From positions 74,426 to 138,425 of the forward strand of contig JABICX010000005.1 in the NCBI GenBank assembly GCA_018652045.1: DNA of 64,000 nucleotides, in the 5' to 3' direction. This DNA is from Candidatus Woesearchaeota archaeon (GTDB taxonomy: Archaea > Nanobdellota > Nanobdellia > UBA10117 > JABICX01). A program made the position numbers and the translations under genes. The notes beneath the pieces are model-generated. The model saw only the letters and a list, made by a program, of their open reading frames with translations, did not search any database and had not been told where the DNA came from. How positions within the stretch are numbered: the stretch's first letter is position 1; each line of letters begins with the position of its first letter. Positions 28,555 to 37,218 of this stretch are shown piece by piece.

Positions 28555-30225
28555 ATGCCTAAAGTCGAAGTAAGTAAGAAAGATATGGAGAAACTGGTTG
28601 GTAAGAAGATCAAGCAGTCAGAGCTAGACGATCTTCTTAGCTATGCTAAATGTGAGTACGAAAGCACAGATGGTGATATAATCAAGACTGAGTGCAAGGA
28701 TACCAATCGACCAGATCTATGGTGTGCTGAAGGGATTGCTCGTCAGATCCGAGGCGGTATTGGCAAAGCAAAAGGTGTCCCTGAATATAAAATTCGCAGT
28801 TCAAACTTCCTTGTTCGTGTTGATCCAAATCTGAAGAAGATTCGGCCGAGAATTGCTTGCGCAGTTGTAAAGAACATTAAGATCACTGACGAAGTTATTA
28901 AGCAAGTTATTCAGATGCAGGAGAAGATCACCGGTACGTTTGGTAGGAATCGAAAGGAAGCTGCGATTGGTGTATATGATTTTGATAAGATCAAGTGGCC
29001 GGTCAGATATGGTGCGTACGCACCAAGTAAGCTTAGTTTCATACCGCTAGAGATGGATAGAGAGTTAAACCTGCTACAGGTCTTGCAGAAGCATCCAAAA
29101 GGTAGAGAGTTCGCTCATCTACTCGAAGGTCATAAGAAGTACCCAATACTCATTGATGCAGATAAGAATGTGCTATCCATGCCTCCAGTTATCAACTCGA
29201 ATCATTCAGGTAAGGTGACTGCGGATACTAAGAATTTATTCATAGAGGTTACAGGTTTCGATGATCAGACTATACATACTGCTTTGAACGCAGTTGTTGC
29301 ATCGCTAGCAGATCGCGGTGGAAACTTACATGCTGTAAAGGTAAAGTATGGCTTGAGAGACAATGTTGTCTGTCCAAACTTCAAATCAGGTAAGATTAAG
29401 GTAGCTATCGCTAATGTAAATCAGCTATCTGGGCTCAATCTGACTCGTCAACAGATACTTGAAAATCTAAAAAAGGCTAGACTTAATGCATCTATATCGG
29501 GAAACACCTTGCTTGTTGAGTACCCAGCATATCGACAGGATATACTACATGAAGTGGATATTATTGAAGATCTTTTAGTAGCATATGGCTACCATAATCT
29601 TGAATCTGAAGATCCTGAAATCGCCGTTATAGGTGGTGAGTTAGAGTTAGAGGTTCTTTCCCGCCGCATTAGAGAGTTCCTTGTAGGTTTCGGAGCGCAG
29701 GGCGTTATCACATATACACTTACAAATAAAGATAAGTTGTTCAATCGAATGAATATAAAGAACCAGAAATGTATTGAGATCGCTAATCCAGTCTCACAGA
29801 ACTGGTCGGTACTTAGAAATTGGTTAACTCCATCAATTATGGAGTTCCTTGGTAATAATACAAACAGTGAATATCCACAAATGATCTTTGAGGCTGGAGA
29901 TGTCGTTGTTCCTAACTCCAAAGCAGAGACAATGTCTGATACAGTTAGAAAGCTAGTATTTGCTAAAGCACATCAGCGAGCTAACTTCACTGAGATTAAA
30001 CAGATTCTTAAGACTCTTTTGAATGGTTTAGAACTTGAGTTTGAGGTAGATGAACTTGATCATGATAGCTTTATCCCTGGCCGGGTTGGCTTAATCAAAG
30101 TATCAAACAAGATAGTTGGAATCATTGGAGAACTTCATCCTAGCGTACTTAAACGATGGAGATTAGAGAATCCTGTAGCTCTATTTGAGTTAAATCTCAC
30201 AGAATTGCTAAAGCTAGTTGTTTAA
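28555..30225 (+). CDS. pheT: phenylalanyl-tRNA synthetase beta subunit
   Basis: Archaeal PheT architecture (B1, B3/4, B5 and a class-II-like C-terminal domain) and the pheS neighbourhood. Confidence 0.9.
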   Translation: MPKVEVSKKDMEKLVGKKIKQSELDDLLSYAKCEYESTDGDIIKTECKDTNRPDLWCAEGIARQIRGGIGKAKGVPEYKIRSSNFLVRVDPNLKKIRPRIACAVVKNIKITDEVIKQVIQMQEKITGTFGRNRKEAAIGVYDFDKIKWPVRYGAYAPSKLSFIPLEMDRELNLLQVLQKHPKGREFAHLLEGHKKYPILIDADKNVLSMPPVINSNHSGKVTADTKNLFIEVTGFDDQTIHTALNAVVASLADRGGNLHAVKVKYGLRDNVVCPNFKSGKIKVAIANVNQLSGLNLTRQQILENLKKARLNASISGNTLLVEYPAYRQDILHEVDIIEDLLVAYGYHNLESEDPEIAVIGGELELEVLSRRIREFLVGFGAQGVITYTLTNKDKLFNRMNIKNQKCIEIANPVSQNWSVLRNWLTPSIMEFLGNNTNSEYPQMIFEAGDVVVPNSKAETMSDTVRKLVFAKAHQRANFTEIKQILKTLLNGLELEFEVDELDHDSFIPGRVGLIKVSNKIVGIIGELHPSVLKRWRLENPVALFELNLTELLKLVV

Positions 30226-30585
30226 TAGCTCTTTAACTGCTTCAGGAACAGTATTAAGTAAGTCATTATATTCAATAACTTTATCTGAAATCTCTCGAAT
30301 TTTAGTTACATTCGGGTCCTCAGGTATTGCAATCTCTGGGTCCTCAGATTGTATTGGTTGTTTTGGAATAATTGAAAGAATCCTACCACCCAAAGTATTT
30401 GCAAACTGTACTGATGCGATACTTTGTGGATACAGATGTGGGTTGTGTTCAATTACATACACGTCATTTCTCTCGCGAGGATACGCATGTCCTGGTTCAG
30501 CAGTTATATCATTATCTCGTTTTAGAGCTTGTTTTAGCAAAAAAACAGTATCTACTTGAAATCCTGTAATATAAACTTTCGCCAT
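30214..30585 (-). CDS. hypothetical protein (possible receiver-like fold)
   Basis: ORF only; abuts the Roadblock-like gene. Confidence 0.4.
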   Translation of the reverse strand: MAKVYITGFQVDTVFLLKQALKRDNDITAEPGHAYPRERNDVYVIEHNPHLYPQSIASVQFANTLGGRILSIIPKQPIQSEDPEIAIPEDPNVTKIREISDKVIEYNDLLNTVPEAVKELLNN

Positions 30586-30588
30586 TTC

Positions 30589-30957
30589 TTACAAGTCTTC
30601 GTTTTTCGATACGTATTCAGATACTCGATTCATAGCGTCTCTACAAGCTTTATCTTCAGCAGATAGTTCTGCAAATCCACCAATTACACGTTCTCCTGTA
30701 AGAGATAGATATGCTTTGCCGCCATTACCTTCAATAGTAATGAAATTTGCAGCATCTTGAGAACCATCTGTTGGTGGGAAATCAGCTGTTTCTAGTAAAT
30801 AATCTCCAGATCCCATATTCGTAGCAATCATTCCTGCTATTGTCTCGACGAATTCAGTATTTATGTCACCTACATCTGCGACATGTATACCTTCTTTATT
30901 TGCAACAACAACGCTCTTTAAGGGCGCTATTTTTTCTAATATTTCTTCTATTGGCAT
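30589..30957 (-). CDS. Roadblock/LC7 (MglB-like) domain protein
   Basis: Size of about 120 aa and the pattern LKSVVVANKEGIHVA...IAGMIATNMG resemble Roadblock/LC7. A by-eye call. Confidence 0.45.
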   Translation of the reverse strand: MPIEEILEKIAPLKSVVVANKEGIHVADVGDINTEFVETIAGMIATNMGSGDYLLETADFPPTDGSQDAANFITIEGNGGKAYLSLTGERVIGGFAELSAEDKACRDAMNRVSEYVSKNEDL

Positions 30958-31056
30958 TTTAACTCCGTATTACTAAACAGTTAAAACTTTGGTTTAAAAG
31001 GCTTTCGGTACTTATAAAGGCAAAAGGGTTTTAAGGATATCGATTTTATTTATTTT

Positions 31057-31467
31057 ATGATTACAATAGGTTTAGTTGCACAGGGTGATATTGTTAGGAG
31101 ACTTACCCGTCTTCTTGAGGTAAGAGAGGATCAGGAGTATTTAGTACAACCATTTAGACTCCATGGCGATGCCCTATCCCATATTGATAAAGTCAAAAGA
31201 GGCAAGAACGGAGCTCGCTTGGATGTTATATTATCACACGAAGCTATGAACAAAGTACCTTTTGGGGACATACCTGCAGTATATGCGAATCAGAACTGTG
31301 CCATCCCTGTTATCCATGTTTTTGATCGAGAGACTGAAACCGACCTACCACATGTTACTAGTGATGTTATTGCAAGTGAACTGTATCGCGTAATTGACCA
31401 AGTTGTTGCCAACATCACACCTGAATGTCAATCACCCAGTGATGAGTCTGTGCTCCATACTTCTTGA
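31057..31467 (+). CDS. hypothetical protein (possible receiver-like fold without obvious phospho-acceptor)
   Basis: ORF only. Confidence 0.4.
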   Translation: MITIGLVAQGDIVRRLTRLLEVREDQEYLVQPFRLHGDALSHIDKVKRGKNGARLDVILSHEAMNKVPFGDIPAVYANQNCAIPVIHVFDRETETDLPHVTSDVIASELYRVIDQVVANITPECQSPSDESVLHTS

Positions 31468-32197
31468 CCTTTCTTGCGTTGAGTACTTTTAGATCCGAAG
31501 CGATACTCGTTATTTTAGATATAATCTCTTCAGAGTCAGCTGCTAGCTCGTGAAAGTGTATAATTGCGCCTTTCTTAGCTGCTTTTAGAGCTACAGGCAG
31601 GAACTCATAGGTACCTGGAAAACTGCACAAATCACTTTGCAATTTGCTAGCATTACTTCTCTTATGCGAAGTAAAGTAACCCATGAGAATCCTATCAAAC
31701 TTCTTTCCTAGTTTTAGAGTCTCGACCTTACTATCCCCTTCTATAACGTTTACCTGGCCTTCGACCTTGTTTAGTTTGATGTTATGCTTTAGCAAGTCAA
31801 CTGAATCGTTATTCAGTTCGATTGCTGTAACGCTTGCGTCAGTTAGTTTGGATATTGGAATGGTAAAGTATCCAATGCCTGCAAACATATCTAATACCTC
31901 TTCAGATCCTTTTATTTGGCTAACAATCCTACGTTTTTCTGCCTGATTGCCTTTTGAGAACATGACTTTTGAGATATCAACTATAAAGTCGCAATGGTTT
32001 TCTCTTACTTTAGCAAGTGTATTTCGTTCGCCTGCTAGCCAGGTTACATTCGGCGTTCTAAGCTGACCCGATATCTTACCTTGGTAATAGACTGACTTAA
32101 AACGCTTATACTGATCTAAGATCGCTTGAGCAACCTTCTTATCTTTCTGCTTAATCAGACAGATCTCACCAATTGCTTGATATGATGTCGATATCAT
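31415..32197 (-). CDS. trm5: Met-10+ family tRNA methyltransferase (Trm5 / Taw2-like)
   Basis: VLDMFAGIGYFTIPISK SAM motif and Met-10+ family layout. Confidence 0.75.
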   Translation of the reverse strand: MISTSYQAIGEICLIKQKDKKVAQAILDQYKRFKSVYYQGKISGQLRTPNVTWLAGERNTLAKVRENHCDFIVDISKVMFSKGNQAEKRRIVSQIKGSEEVLDMFAGIGYFTIPISKLTDASVTAIELNNDSVDLLKHNIKLNKVEGQVNVIEGDSKVETLKLGKKFDRILMGYFTSHKRSNASKLQSDLCSFPGTYEFLPVALKAAKKGAIIHFHELAADSEEIISKITSIASDLKVLNARKVKKYGAQTHHWVIDIQV

Positions 32198-32263
32198 TAC
32201 TAAAACTGCTGCCTCGCCTTTAAAATGATAAGGTTTTTAACTTTTTAGTATGACTCAACGATT

Positions 32264-32695
32264 ATGACAAAAAACAGAAAGGAGTCAGTTTTTGTTCGTT
32301 ATGGAAAAGATACGCGTGTTCAATCACGAGAGTTTACTATTCAGCTACAATATATGATTGAGGTTCGAGGCAAGGCTAATTTACAGGTTACTGGTGAAGA
32401 TGGTTCCAGTAAGACGTTCGTAGCAACCGTGCCTTTTACAGACACCGGTAATATTGAATCAGATTTAGCCGAAGCTATACAAGATAGTGAGGGTGTTGAA
32501 AATGGAGTTCAAAAGCACGTTATGAAACCCCTTCTTGATGAATTAGGTGTTACAGATACATTACTATCAACCATAATTGACAGCGCTTTAGTTAAGGTTA
32601 ATGTCGCAGAAAAAGATCTTAAGGTATATGGTCCGTTTAAAGGCGATGTTCGTATTCACGGTAAAACATATACTTTACCGGTTGAAGATGCTTAG
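32264..32695 (+). CDS. hypothetical protein
   Basis: ORF only. Confidence 0.45.
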   Translation: MTKNRKESVFVRYGKDTRVQSREFTIQLQYMIEVRGKANLQVTGEDGSSKTFVATVPFTDTGNIESDLAEAIQDSEGVENGVQKHVMKPLLDELGVTDTLLSTIIDSALVKVNVAEKDLKVYGPFKGDVRIHGKTYTLPVEDA

Positions 32696-35004
32696 AAAGT
32701 ATAGGCTATCTTCTCGACCTTTCCGCCGCAGTACTTTAAGATCCATTTAACAGCTAGTTCAGTAGCGTCTTTTAGCTCTTTTTCAGAGGTGACTGATGTC
32801 CCGTCTACGTATAGAATGGTGTCTTTTGTCTTGTCTGTGATCTTTGTAAAATCTGAGTCTCGGTAGTTTAGGTCTCTACAGAATATCATATTTTTCTTAT
32901 CTGCGTATACTAATTCACCATCAGATACGGTTTTTGGCTTGTCTGCCATCAAAGCAGTGAACTGCTCACCCTCTTTTGAGAAGCGTAGATATGTTGGGAA
33001 GTTTAGGTTCTTCATGTCAAAAGCACCCATAGAGACCTGTGTCTTCATAACAGCAAGGTTGTATACATCAACTAGAGTGTTAACTGTGTACAAGTCCTGC
33101 CCTTTCTTTACTCGAAGTAATAATGCGAGTGGACTAGGTTTTCTTTTGGTTGGATCGACTCCAGTTGCACGATAGATTCGTTTGTATTCTGCAAGAACAG
33201 GTATCTCACTAAGTTCTTTGTCTTTAAACTCTTTAATTAGATCGCCAACTACTTGTTTCTTAAGTTTTTCAAGTTCAGGTGTCTGTTTCTGAACGTTTAC
33301 ACCACGAATAACTGCGATTCCCGCTTTCAGGCCAGGAAACTTGGTTAGAACCTCTTTCTGAATCTCAAAAATGTCTTTAACGGGTTTATAGCCATTAACC
33401 TGCTTTTTTGGAGCAGCTTTTGAGGTAAGTGCCTTGTTGATAATCTTAGCTATCTTGTTCTTCCCGACTGCGAGTACAAATGGGGCTAATCTTGGTCCTC
33501 GCTCGCGGTTGATTAGAACTTGATAGACTGCGGGGAAGAATTCTTTTAGCGTTAAGTTATGTGCTTTAGCAATGTTTCCAAAAACCGGAATTAGTTGATC
33601 TACGGTTTTGTAGCTTTTACCTAATGCCTTTGCTAGATCCTTAAGTGCCTCTCGTTGATCTACTGAAAGACCTTCAGTAGTAGGGTTTTCCTGAAGCTCA
33701 AACCGATACCTGTCTGGCGCATACTTTGCTAACCAGTTGCCCATTAACGTCATGATTAGAAGAATTCTATCCACGTCTGCTTTCTTTTTGACTTTGAACT
33801 GCTTTGCATACTCTTCTGATGCTTTCTTTGGATCACGATAGATATTCATAAACTCAACACAGGTTCGAATTGCTGGCTGTATTGGCAGCGAACGAGGTGG
33901 TTTATTAACTGCAGACATCTCGTAAACTCTAGACCAGTGTGCCTTATCCCGTGGAATAACCTGTTCTTTTCCAAAGTAGATACGCTCACATCGATAAAAG
34001 TCCTCATATACCTTTAGAACATCCTCGTCAAAGCCTACTGAGAACTCAATGACTGGTTTTCTTCCAGCATACATGTATCTAACTACTTCTGGAAGATAGA
34101 CCTCGAGAGCGTCAGATAGCTTGATAACATTACCTAATGAGCTAGACATCTTACCACCTACACTCTTAACAATAACATAATCGTACATAAATCGTACTGG
34201 CGGTCCATAATGGAAGACAGTCTTGCATAGATCATGACCTGTATCTAGAGATCCGCCGGGCGTATTGTGTTCTTTTCCACCACCTTCACTAGTTACTTTC
34301 TCATAGCGCCACCGCATTGCCCAATCAACTCTCCATGGAAGCTTTGTAAGACCCTCTTTTTTGAAGTTAGTCTCTCCCTTAGATTTACATGCATTACAGC
34401 TATACGTAAGAGTATATTCTCCATCCCAATCAGTAACCTGTGTCTGTTCACGATTGCATTTCTTACAGTAGATAGCTGCAGGATACCAGTTTGGTGGAAG
34501 TGGCTCTTTACGATACTTATTTAGGATCTTTCGGATCTCAAAGCGATTCTCTAGAACAAACTTGATCTCATCAGCATATTTGCTAGATCTATACATCTTG
34601 CTTTGATAGATAAACTGTGGGTGAATACCCACTAAAGGAACCGCTGCCTCTGCCTCTTTCTCAAAGTGTTCGGTATATGACTTATGACAGCCCCATGGAT
34701 CTGGAGCATCTACACCTGGCATGTACATATACTTCTCAAATGCTTTTGGATTAGGAATGTTTTTTGGAACCTTTCTGATTCGATCGTAATCATCCCATGA
34801 GTAGATAAAACGAGCTTTCTTGCCTTTGTCTCTAAGTGCTCTACATATAATATCTGTAGTGATCATCTCTCTAAAGTGACCTATGTGAATGGTTCCAGAG
34901 GGAGTGATGCCTGCAGCTACTGTGTGAAGCTTTGCTGTTGGGAATCTTTCAATGATCTTGTCCGCTAGCTGATCTGCCCAGTATAAACTACCTTTAACAA
35001 CCAT
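32692..35004 (-). CDS. lysS: class-I lysyl-tRNA synthetase fused to a C-terminal B3/4 (PheRS-beta-type, COG3382-like) domain
   Basis: HIGH = TIHIGHFRE, KMSKS = GGKMSSSLGN, class-I LysRS CxxC...CxxC insertion and WRVDWAMRW block. The C-terminal 240 aa or so match the stand-alone B3/4 pattern (YRATGVDPTKRKPSPLALLLRVKKG...NTLVDVYN...GELVYAD...FCRDLNYRDSDFTKIT). Confidence 0.9.
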   Translation of the reverse strand: MVVKGSLYWADQLADKIIERFPTAKLHTVAAGITPSGTIHIGHFREMITTDIICRALRDKGKKARFIYSWDDYDRIRKVPKNIPNPKAFEKYMYMPGVDAPDPWGCHKSYTEHFEKEAEAAVPLVGIHPQFIYQSKMYRSSKYADEIKFVLENRFEIRKILNKYRKEPLPPNWYPAAIYCKKCNREQTQVTDWDGEYTLTYSCNACKSKGETNFKKEGLTKLPWRVDWAMRWRYEKVTSEGGGKEHNTPGGSLDTGHDLCKTVFHYGPPVRFMYDYVIVKSVGGKMSSSLGNVIKLSDALEVYLPEVVRYMYAGRKPVIEFSVGFDEDVLKVYEDFYRCERIYFGKEQVIPRDKAHWSRVYEMSAVNKPPRSLPIQPAIRTCVEFMNIYRDPKKASEEYAKQFKVKKKADVDRILLIMTLMGNWLAKYAPDRYRFELQENPTTEGLSVDQREALKDLAKALGKSYKTVDQLIPVFGNIAKAHNLTLKEFFPAVYQVLINRERGPRLAPFVLAVGKNKIAKIINKALTSKAAPKKQVNGYKPVKDIFEIQKEVLTKFPGLKAGIAVIRGVNVQKQTPELEKLKKQVVGDLIKEFKDKELSEIPVLAEYKRIYRATGVDPTKRKPSPLALLLRVKKGQDLYTVNTLVDVYNLAVMKTQVSMGAFDMKNLNFPTYLRFSKEGEQFTALMADKPKTVSDGELVYADKKNMIFCRDLNYRDSDFTKITDKTKDTILYVDGTSVTSEKELKDATELAVKWILKYCGGKVEKIAYTF

Positions 35005-35045
35005 TTCTTCTATTGTTTATGAGTATATTTAATCTTTGCTATAAG

Positions 35046-35297
35046 TTAATCTTCCTTGCTGCTGCTTCTTCGAACAATACTCAACAGAGTATCTTCTAAC
35101 AAATCAGCGTTCTCATCCGCACGTCTTACGAATTCCTCTAGCTCTCTTACTACATACTGCGGATCACGATAAGTACCGTGCTTTCCACTACAATCTGCGG
35201 ATTCGCGCATCGCTGCTCTACTCATAATCTCAGATACTACTGTTCCTAAACATCTACGTAGATTCTGATAAGTTGGTTGTTCATCTTCCTTTGACAT
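35046..35297 (-). CDS. small acidic hypothetical protein, last gene of the lysine-free operon (3 Lys in 83 aa)
   Basis: Its ATG directly abuts the stop of the upstream ORF (TAAATG). Confidence 0.55.
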   Translation of the reverse strand: MSKEDEQPTYQNLRRCLGTVVSEIMSRAAMRESADCSGKHGTYRDPQYVVRELEEFVRRADENADLLEDTLLSIVRRSSSKED

Positions 35298-36770
35298 TTA
35301 TACACCTCCTGCCAATAGTTGTCTGACATTTTCTCGTACGTCGTCTCTTCTTACAGCCAACATAAGAGACAGCGGTGGACCTTCAGATCTTCCAAGCGTC
35401 GACTGATAGACGGTCTGAAAGAACCCTAAACGTTCAGCTGTGCTGTTATCTACTCTATCTGCTGCTCGCTGTACAACTCTTTCCAAATCATCTACTGCCA
35501 AGCCGTTGTTTGTATTGTCATATAGATACTGAACTGCAGGTCTGTACTGTTCTGAAAGTTCTGTAGCTGGTTGTTCAAGAATCGCTAACCTACGTGCATC
35601 AGGCATGTAATTTTCTATATAGTTACGCGCCATGTGCAGTATGTCGTCATTATAACTTCCAGCATAACGTTCCATTATTAGGCGCTCATCCTGACTATTC
35701 TGACCTAGCTGGCTAGCGAGCATAGCTGCCTGATACTGCGTACCTAATTCACGATCGTAGCCAGTAATTAATTCAGGAACTGACGGTAGATCAATCACAT
35801 TTGGTGTGTTTCCTCTTGGTCTTGCTCGCAACATAGTATAACGTAAGATATCTGCAGGCATAATGTCAAATAGATCTTGGATAAGGAAGAAATCTAGTGG
35901 TTCTTCGTCTGGTTGTGTTCTTACTTGCATCCAACTTTCAGCTATTGCAGCAGGTGGCTCTCCACCAAAGAGCTGTCGATAATATGTCGCAGCCCTTGCA
36001 TATACACTCGATACCTCTCCACTACTAGATAGATGTCGCTGATCTAGTGGTTCAACTGTTGCGCCAAGTTCTGACCATCTAGCAGCCATTACTATTGGCC
36101 ATCTTGGTCTTACAACACCGTTCCAGGTAAGTAAATCTTGCAGAGAGTCTATAGTTTGTGTATAACCACAGCCTCTAACTGTTATGTCGCGTCTACCTTC
36201 AGAATAACTTCTGAATTCCTGCTCCCCAGAACATCTGTAGGTGTAATGATCATCTTCAGATGTTACTGATGTTGTAGCAAGCTGCTCGCAATGAGGACAC
36301 TGCACAAACAAAGGCAGTTCACCGCTCTCGTTTTCCATTACTCGAAGTATCTGTGGCATGTACTGTTGAAGCATTTCAGATTCAGTGACCATTGTTGCGT
36401 CAACCCCAAACTCATCCAATACATCGGTTATCTGATTTACAAAATACGAGACAAAGTTCTGCGACCCCACCATGACTTGATTCTGCGGCCTACCTAGATA
36501 TCTTTCAGTCTCTCGCGGTAACTCGCTAGCTATCGCTCGCAGTGGTTCATCATCTCCAATAGTTATCACCTGTCGTGCTTCTACATTCTGTGCACGTAAA
36601 GCTCTAACAATCTCGTCTGCGATCAGATGTTCATACATTCTTCGTGCTGAAGGCGGTACTGGACTACTACCCGTTACGATTGTTATTGGTCTCTCTGTCG
36701 TCGTATGTATCAGTCTTTGAGCATAGCTTCTAGCCCACGGTGCAATCTGTTGCCTAGTCATTACTCTCAC
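35298..36770 (-). CDS. lysine-free class-I LysRS paralog with degenerate HIGH/KMSKS (pseudo-synthetase)
   Basis: 0 Lys in 490 aa. By-eye alignment to the neighbouring LysRS: DEIVRALRAQ vs DIICRALRDK; VQCPHCEQL...YRCSG vs IYCKKCNRE...YSCNAC; RPRWPIVMAARW vs LPWRVDWAMRW; ADILRYTMLRARP vs PEVVRYMYAGRKP. HIGH is replaced by PPSA, and the KMSSS region by QPDEEPL. The likely true start is ATG 36761, 5 nt after GAGGTGA. Confidence 0.8.
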   Translation of the reverse strand: MRVMTRQQIAPWARSYAQRLIHTTTERPITIVTGSSPVPPSARRMYEHLIADEIVRALRAQNVEARQVITIGDDEPLRAIASELPRETERYLGRPQNQVMVGSQNFVSYFVNQITDVLDEFGVDATMVTESEMLQQYMPQILRVMENESGELPLFVQCPHCEQLATTSVTSEDDHYTYRCSGEQEFRSYSEGRRDITVRGCGYTQTIDSLQDLLTWNGVVRPRWPIVMAARWSELGATVEPLDQRHLSSSGEVSSVYARAATYYRQLFGGEPPAAIAESWMQVRTQPDEEPLDFFLIQDLFDIMPADILRYTMLRARPRGNTPNVIDLPSVPELITGYDRELGTQYQAAMLASQLGQNSQDERLIMERYAGSYNDDILHMARNYIENYMPDARRLAILEQPATELSEQYRPAVQYLYDNTNNGLAVDDLERVVQRAADRVDNSTAERLGFFQTVYQSTLGRSEGPPLSLMLAVRRDDVRENVRQLLAGGV

Positions 36771-37218
36771 CTCGTATGATAGCTAGAAGTTCTCGATTAC
36801 AACGTATTAGATGTGCTTGCGTATCTCGCTCACGAATAGTACTTACATCCTCTGGAGAAAGAACTACCTCTCGCTGGTTAATTCTACCTCTCGCTTGCCA
36901 GGTTGTTGCTATTCCACCAAGCCCACCTAATGGTCTGTTGTCTTCGTGGTATATCATCAATCCATAATAGGTTCTAGCCAGGTCTAAGACATAGCCAACA
37001 CTACTTGCAAAGTCAGATATTAACATCTGTCGCGGTAGACAGCGTTGTACAACTCGGATTGCTTGTGGTTGAATTTCAGTTAGACGAGGGTATCCTGCTA
37101 GATATCGTACGCCCTGTTCTAGTTCTGCGTCAATCCTACTACGTGAGATTGTCTGTGGTTCAACATCAAAATCTAAAGTTCCAAAATTAGTTCCCCAGCT
37201 GCTGCTTGGGATCACCAC
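36754..37218 (-). CDS. lysine-free 154-aa protein of unknown function (first long ORF of the operon)
   Basis: 0 Lys in 154 aa. It has a GTG start in the track with no SD in front. The reading frame is +1 relative to the SD-led mini-ORF that overlaps its 5' end. Confidence 0.6.
   Translation of the reverse strand: MVIPSSSWGTNFGTLDFDVEPQTISRSRIDAELEQGVRYLAGYPRLTEIQPQAIRVVQRCLPRQMLISDFASSVGYVLDLARTYYGLMIYHEDNRPLGGLGGIATTWQARGRINQREVVLSPEDVSTIRERDTQAHLIRCNRELLAIIRGESND
36767..36773 (-). promoter_or_regulatory. Shine-Dalgarno GAGGTGA for the LysRS paralog
   Basis: Lies 5 nt upstream of ATG 36761 on the minus strand, inside the 3' end of the preceding ORF. Confidence 0.7.

Noticed and set aside
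28491-28562. The 23-codon MPKVEI mini-ORF as a real gene
   Set aside because: It is more likely a duplication scar of the pheT start. I kept it as an observation, not as a CDS.
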